A stretch of DNA of 64,000 bases from Zygnema circumcarinatum SAG 698-1b (taxonomy: Eukaryota; Plantae; Zygnematophyceae): positions 1,922,001 to 1,986,000 of the forward strand of contig CM074820.1 of NCBI GenBank assembly GCA_037447605.1, read 5' to 3'. Positions 56,821 to 64,000 of the stretch are shown here, piece after piece. The notes under the pieces are model-generated. The model ran no database searches, was not told where the DNA came from, and worked only from the letters and a program-made list of their open reading frames with translations. Each line of letters starts with the position of its first letter. Positions within the stretch are counted from its first letter, which is position 1. The translations under genes were made by a program, and so were the position numbers.

Positions 56821-57448
56821 AATGCCAAATCCTACCAACCTTTACCTCATTTTCTTGTTCGGGTACGAACGAGAGACCAAAAATTTGGAGAGGGCCGAGA
56901 GGCCCTTCCCCATTGGAAGGTACCCTGTACAAAATAATAAACCACGTGGCCAGCAGAGCCAATCACCGTCCGTCACGTGGGCATACGTGCTGAGTGGCAA
57001 TCCGTCATTGGCTGAAACTCGTCAAATGATGGATTTCCAGTGGCACTCGGCACAGAGCGCTCTTAGATTCAAAATCCTGCTGAGGGAAGGGGAGTCAATT
57101 AGGGTTTGGATTTTTTTTTTAACAATGATAAAAAATTCGCCGCAGATTCACGCTGCCTGCAATTGGAATGGAGGGATTTTTTTCGCATTCGCTCAATCTT
57201 TCGTTCAGAGGAGACGAACTCGTGATTCGTCTGAATCTTTCAAAGAAAATGCAAGCGGATGTAAATCCGCCTCTGGAAGAGTAATTCGCCTATATTCTGT
57301 TGCAATTCAGCAAAATTCTTTCAGCGTTCTTGGAATGCGGAAAATGAGGATTCATTTGAGGTGCAAATCTTGGTCAATTCTGAAACAGAATGACAATATT
57401 GCAAGTCCTGTCGCTGAATTATTTTCAGTTTTAGCCATACGCAGGGCA

Positions 57449-60400
57449 ATGTATGCTCCAATTGGTCAGAATTTGATCAAAGGAAGCGCGTACCGTAGTC
57501 GATTTGAAGCATTTTCAGGCAGTGAACTTTCTGGCACAACTTTACTTTCTCTTTCAAGACACATTCCTGCAGCGACTGCATTTGAGTATTCAAAAAAACC
57601 AGTTTCAGTGATCAATCAAAGGAAAAGCTGCAATATTGATGCCTCGGATGAAGCAGGAAGTAGGGAGGACCGCCCTTCCCTGGTTCAGATTTTTCAGCAG
57701 AAATTCGTTCTCTTTCTTGTAAATAGTGCAAGTCTCATCTTATTGATGATATTATTGTACAATCCGGAGGCACATGCGCTACTTTTGGATGACATGCAGC
57801 AGAAGGATACGCCTGTTCAGAATCACTCTCAAACAGACGTTCCAGATTCAAGCAAGATTGACTCAAATAGCGAAAAGAAAGTAAGTAGGTTCAAAATTAG
57901 TCGACAAGTCAGGGAACCAACTTGCAATGCCGATGTCTTACTGCCTAGTTTTGATGATAGAAAGACGCAAACCAATCAAGGTCTTGAAAGTGTTCCTGCT
58001 GCAAGAGTTAATATTGATAAGCTGCTCGTTCAGAACTGGAGTAAAGGAGAAGGGAATCATGGTATATGCAAGGAGAGCCTTTATTCGGGTGAGGCCTTTA
58101 GTCAAGCTGTTAGTCAAGTTGTTTGTGAACAAAACGTTTCTTGGAGGGATGGAGCGGTAGCACTATCGATCGATTACAGCACTTTAGTTGAAGAGCACGG
58201 CGATATGGCGAAAAAAATGAAAATGTTTACGCAGGATGCGTGGAAAGGCATGCTACGGTTGAAGGATTATGATTTGCTGGTGGAAAAAATCGAGCAAGAA
58301 GAGAAGGAGTGCCTCGAGTGCACAAAAAACCGGCGGTGAGATTTCAGAGCTTTGATCATTTTCAATGCTTATTTATATGTATGTGGTACATGGGACTCTG
58401 CTTTCTCTCCCTCTCAATCACTCCCTTTCATCTCTTCCAATTGCTTTCACTGTTTTGGTACAAGCCTGAGTGTTCTGCAGCAAATTGTTTGACATCTGGA
58501 ATCAGCTGGCTAACTCCATGTGACATTGTTTGTCAATTGGCGTGTGTTGCATTTCTGCGGTTGTGCAGGTTATTGGAGCAGATTTGGCAAACAGTTTCAA
58601 ATGTAAGTCCACAATATGGCGAGGTGTTTTTTTCTGTTTTCAAACTTGCAGTGGTTTGCAGCTTCTGATATTCGTTAGCCTATCAATAGAATTATCTTTT
58701 AATATCCTTTGAATTTCGTACTATTGCCGCTTTCTTTCCCCTGCAGGAATACTTTGACCAATACGACACGTGAGCTTCCCTGCCCCTATTTCCCAGTCCC
58801 TGCTGAGATCAGATTTCCATGTCTCATCAGTTGTTGTATTAATGCTGTCTCCTTTCGCGGTGATATTTACTTCGACTGTTCTTGCAGTTCCAGTTTTTAC
58901 TCCCAGTCGCAGTTTCAGTTTCAATTTTAGTTCGTACTTCCAGTTTCCTTTGCAGTTTCTAGTAATATTACAGTTTCAGTTCTTGTTCTCATTTGCAGGT
59001 CCGTTCAGTTTCAGTACTTTTCCAGTTTCAGATTCAGTTTAATAGTTACTGTTCTCCGTTTGAGCTTCATTGCCGTTTCAGTTTTAATTTTATAGTTTCA
59101 GTTCCTAGTTCTCTCCTGGAGGATCGAGGACGTTTACATGCTTCACTTCATGCTTCACTTATAATATGAAACAGGTTTTGATGATGATGCTGATGCCTGA
59201 GCGCGTGTGTGTTGCTTCTTTCTTCTTTTTTTTCTTCTTTGCGAGTGAGAGCAGATTCTCGCAGGCCAAGTGGTCGGAGGAACTCGTAAAGGCTCTGCAA
59301 AGCGTTGGAGGACCCCTTCGAACCAAATCGCAAACGTATGCATGCATTCATTCTGTTGCCGCTTTGCTCCCTCGCTCCTCCGCTCTTTTTTACGTTATAT
59401 TTGTATTTATTTCTATATGTATCCAATTGAAACTGAACATACAAATGTTCAGGCTGAAAACTCCCTCTAGGCTGGAAAAGGAAACGGACCAAAAAAAAAT
59501 CAAACCTTTGCATCCTATTTGCCGAGTCATAAGCCTCAACTTGACCTGACTGAACCCCACTTGGCTTGGTGTAGCTTGACTTGACTTGACTTGACTTGGT
59601 TCGTCCCAACTAACCTCGAGTCGACTCGACTAGACTGACTTGACTAAACTTGACCTTTCCATTTGCTTTTTTTTCCCTTTTGTTAAGCAGATATCTGGCA
59701 GCAAAGCAAATGGTTGCAACTCTGGGAGATAAATGGAGCAGTTTTTTGGAGCCTGCCCAATACCGACTCGCCATTCATCGCCCTATTCCTAGCGAGATAA
59801 AGTATCTCTCATATCAGTACACGGGTATTGGGATGGAGGTGCTGCTTCCTCGCTCCTTCCGTCATTTTCTATTTTCCTCCCCAAAGTGTTTCTCGTCTCT
59901 ATGTTTTAATCTCTCTCCCTCCCTTCTCACATTTTTAAGCTTGTGTAAGCAGAGGCATGAGCGTTTTTTGTCTTCTTGTGTCAATACATGCTTTGAATTC
60001 TCAGGCTGGGGATGGTATGGGCTTTGGATCTGCTTCTGTAGGAGATAGATGGATCGATTAAATGCTCTTCAAATTGTGAAGATTGTTTGATTGAGTGGCT
60101 CTCCTCACAAGTCCAAGTGAACGCCAATCAAAAAAAAAAAATCAAAAAAATAATCATACAAGAGACGCTCTTATGTTGTTATACGCTAGTTATGATTATC
60201 ATCATTCGGGAACATGAAAATGTAAATGAGAAAAGCTAGTTATCCGCTGCATTCCGTTACCATGTGTTCAGTTGGGACATAGATCGCCTGATGGAGGACT
60301 AAAAATCGTCGCCCCATTCGCTGGCTCTCCTGCCGAGGAGGTAAACTTTCCTCAAATCTTCAACTCAAATAGCTAACTATGTGAATAGTATGAATCGTTG

Positions 60401-63400
60401 ATTGACTTTATTGAAGGAAATTGTTAAACAAAATGGTTAACTTGAAATATTTTAGGGTGTACACCCAGGGTGGTATTGTAGGCGGGGATCGCTTACTTGC
60501 AGTGAATGGTGTTCCCGTTTCGGAACTCTCATCTGATGAAGCGATTGCATTGCTTCGTGGCCCCGTAGGATCCTCGGTAAACTTCTTTCCCTCTCTCTTT
60601 CTCTCTCCCCCTCCCTCTCTTTCACTCTCCCCTTCCCGCTTTCCCCTTCTCTTTCCCCCCTTTCGCTCTCTCCTCTCTCGCCCTCTCCCTCTCCCTCTGT
60701 CCCTCCCTCCCTCCCTCCCCCAGACCTTCCACCCTCCCTTTTAAATCTCTCTCTCCCGCTCCCTCTCTCTCCCTCCCCCCGATCCTCTACCCTCCCTCGT
60801 CCTCTCCACTCGCTCTCCTGCCCTCCCTTTCTCTTCAAAACCCTTACCAAGCTCCTAACTATGCACAGGTAACTATTGAGATAGCGAGCTCTCAAGGGGA
60901 AAAAGTCTCTCGAGTAATCACTCTTGAAAGGAGAGCCCTCCCACTCCCCCCTTTGAAGATGAAGCTGATCGACACACCGGGTGGCAGCCAAGTGGCATAT
61001 ATGCGCCTGCATTACTTCACTCATCAAGGGAGAACGAAAATGGAGGCTGCAATCAGGGAAGGGGAGGCTCTTGGGGTTGACGGTTATGGTGAGGGCTGAC
61101 TACTCTTCAGTTCTAGCACGGATTAGAGGATTAGCCATGGATAGTTAGTCGAGGGTTTAGGAAGTGTTTGTGGTTTGTAGGGTTTGTGGTAGGTTAGTAG
61201 AGTGTTGTAGAGTTTATAGGAAGTAGGTCTTATTGTCTATAGAGTTCGAATTCTTCTTTTTGTGGGCTCATAGTTTGTATAAATTGTGGGTTTGGAAGTT
61301 TTGTAGGAAGTGTAAGGTTTTCAATGACTTTGGAGACTGAAACTTCTTTCATCATGGGAATTTCTGCTCTTAGGTTTATTATTGCGTGGAGGTTTTTACA
61401 TCAGGAAGTGGCAAAGAGTTCATTCTTTTTAATATTGACAACTTCTTTTCTATGTGTCTGCTTTGGAGTAGTGTTGGATCTTCGGAACAATCCGGGAGGA
61501 GTCTTTGAAGAAGCAATTTCCATGGCGGTAAGTGGAAACACTTGGACTAAGAAAATTGTTTGACACTGAAATATTTGTATGTGAATTAACCAAGTGGAAA
61601 CTTAGATGGAACTTTAGGACGGAATGGGAAGCAGCAGAGGAGTAGAGGGACGAGGAGGAGAGAGTAAAAGGGAGAGACGAGAGACTGATGGCTGTATAGT
61701 GAACGGGAGAGAGGGGAGAGTCGAAACAGAGGAAAAAATAGAACGGGGGAGGGAGGGGTCTGCAAGCGAGGAGAGGGTAGACAGAAAGAGAGAGATGAGA
61801 TCGAACAAGCAAGGAAGGCTTACAATGGTATTTTTACAGGTAGAGATGTTCATGTTCGCCAGATATGGCCTCTCTAATTCAGTGAATACAACTTAAATTA
61901 GCAATGCAGGTAGTCAAGGAAGAATGTATTGGAAACGAATTTTTCACGTGAAAAGTCAAATAATCTCCTTTCATACTTTTGTCGATTCATTCATGAAATA
62001 CATTGGGGTTTACAGGCCTATTGGCTGGACTGTGGAGATTGCGACATTTCTGAGACAGTTCGCAGTGTGAACGCGACCACTAGCAAAGCGGATCTAGAAG
62101 ACTACGCTTACAGACAAGGCCAGCTTCCGGTAAAGTCACATCTATTTCCTCACTCTTCTCCCTCTCTTATACCGTATGGCCTCCGTTTTCTCTAAGAAAC
62201 GAATCGCTGCGTCTCGGAGGTTGCAAGAAAGAGAACATTTGGAGTATGCGCAGTCAATTTTGCTGATTTCTAGTGTTCCTCCATCCACACCCCCTCTCTC
62301 TCTCCCTTTCTCTCTCTCTCTCTCTCGTTCTCTCTCTTTCTCTCTCTCCCCTCTCTTTCTCCCTTGCGCTCTCTCCTTTCCGGCTCGTCTTCTCTGCCCC
62401 GTCTATGCTTCCCCAGAAGGAGATATTTGGAAACCATCCTGGAGCCCTCACACATGCGCCACTTATCATTCTCACAAATCGGAACTCCGCGAGTGCTAGT
62501 GAGGTAAAAACTTCGGTGTTCCGCAATCTCTCAATTGCTCGATGAAGAAATCAAAGTATTTCTTAACATTGTAGGCTAAAAATGTATCAGAGTGTGATGA
62601 TTGAGTCTCCTATCGGCAGTCATGAAGGCCTGGATGCATTATAAAGGTCTCAAAATTGTTTGTGGGACTAAAAGGAAAAATGGTATTACTGCTTGAACTT
62701 CAATGAGATTTTAGTGTTTAACTTTTGAGTTAAAGTACTACGGGCATGCAGGTGCTGACAGGATCGTTAAAAGACAACCGCAGAACCGTTGTGATAGGGG
62801 AGACGACGTTTGGAAAGGGAGTGGTGCAGGTATGGCAGCTTGAGAGAGATGGATGAAGAGAGAGACAGTCAGGGAGAAAACGAGAGAGGGAGAGGGAGAG
62901 GCAGTCGTTGACTTCGAAAGAAAGCGGGCGAGAGCGTGAGAGCGACGGGGAGAGCGCTAGGTGGAAAGAGGGAGGAGAGAGGGAGAGCAGAAAGGGGAAT
63001 GAGGGAATGGGGGAGTGGTGGCAAATGGTGAAATTTCTTCAATTTTGACATTTGCTTCCCCTTGAATCCCTATTATAGCCAGACTCTTACTTTCTGATAC
63101 TTTTTTGCGAGCCAGTATTACTTCCCTATGGACGATGGCAGCGGTTTGAAGCTGACAGTGGCGAAGTACCTAACGCCCTCCCGTTATGATATCACAAAGC
63201 AGTAGGCCCTCCCGCCCTCCTCTCCTCACCCCCCTCCCGCTCTCCCTCTGCAACTTGAACATCAAAACACCATGAAGCCCTAATTAAAATGCATTCAACT
63301 CCAAAAACCTTAAAATCCCTTTTTCTGACCTCTTAACTCCCCTAAACCCGCCTGAAACCCTCCAAAGCTCTTACATTTGCATGCATGCCCTCGTGTCTCT

Positions 63401-63664
63401 AGTACGCTCTTATGTTTGTATGCATGCTCGTCTGTTTGTGTATGAAGGGGCGGAATTTCGCCTGATATTGAATGCGTGGATTATCCTCGAGCTAAGGGCA
63501 TGGACCGCTGCCTCCGCCAAGCCGTAGAGGTGATCTCACAAACTCAAGCAGCCGCAGAAGAGAGAGAGAGTGAGTCTCTGAGGGAGGGTGGTCCGTACGG
63601 CCGAATGCCGTACCGCTGGCTGCCTTCTGTGAGCCGCCGGTTGTGGGCGTCTGGGCCGGATTAG
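57449..63664 (+). CDS. Carboxyl-terminal processing protease (CtpA-like, peptidase S41A with PDZ domain), predicted thylakoid lumen
   Basis: LLEQIWQTVSNEYFD, MVATLGDKWSSFL, YTGIG, APFAGSPAEEGGIVGGDRLLAVNG (PDZ), VLDLRNNPGG, ILTNRNSASASE (catalytic Ser), GETTFGKG (catalytic Lys), TVAKYLTPS, GGISPD; TAG 63662-63664. Start chosen as MYAPIG (57449), though upstream in-frame ATGs exist. Hydrophobic stretch plus AHA at 57770-57778. Confidence 0.9.
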
Positions 63665-63749
63665 GGCATCCGTAGGAATCCGTACTCCCGTCCGTACCAT
63701 CGTTACCATCATAACGGACGGGCATTCTATTTTCAAAGGGGGGAAATGG

Positions 63750-63947
63750 CATTGAACTCACGATGGCAAGGCCATCAAATGTACATGAACAAAAGCAGCA
63801 TATGGAACCACGAGGAATTGGTCGCAAAGGACCTAAGCACAAAAGAAAGAAGCTAAGAGCGGAAAACTACGCCTCGGCGCGACAACGCAGCCCTCCGTAA
63901 AGGCCGCGAAGGTGCACATCGCGAGGAGGGAGCAGCGGAAGTCCACC
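63750..63947 (+). repeat. Dispersed ~200-bp intergenic repeat family, copy downstream of the CtpA-like gene
   Basis: Aligns with 14741-14948 at roughly 80% by eye. Confidence 0.85.
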
Positions 63948-64000
63948 GATATTCTATCTTCAAGGTTTGATTGTAAGCCGTATCGGGCACGTCACTTTAG

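Noticed and set aside
56738-57448. N-terminal 237 codons of the 533-aa ORF as coding
   Set aside because: The ORF starts at a non-ATG codon inside a repeat and runs through G-box/CCAAT promoter-like sequence. The transit-peptide-like sequence begins near ATG 57449.

Overview
This is eukaryotic nuclear DNA from a green plant lineage. It has TTTAGGG telomere-type repeats, plant-type tRNA-Pro genes and plastid transit peptides. I infer a streptophyte alga, possibly Zygnematophyceae, but this cannot be proven from the window. The assembly is a draft with N gaps and three near-identical local duplications that are probably artefacts. Intron-rich genes in order: cactin (+, 5'-truncated), VPS11 (-), an alpha/beta-hydrolase (-), three tRNA-Pro genes, plastid bifunctional aspartokinase-homoserine dehydrogenase (+), three tandem GPR1/FUN34/YaaH (SatP/Ady2-type) acetate channel paralogues (+), fragments of an unidentified minus-strand gene near a 100-N gap, and a divergent lumen-targeted CtpA/S41A protease (+). 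Most long ORFs in the track are artefacts of (GA)n/(CT)n repeats. The most striking unexplained pattern is intron architecture. G-strand telomere-like repeats sit just after donors and C-strand repeats just before acceptors, so several exons are bracketed like mini-chromosomes. Branch-point, acceptor and donor motifs are also repeatedly amplified in tandem. Other notable items: a ~200-bp dispersed intergenic repeat family (one copy interrupted by a MITE), dense GTAC/G-box arrays upstream of an acetate-channel gene, and an inverted VPS11 exon-1 fragment. Exon boundaries were read by eye and are approximate unless a splice site is quoted.
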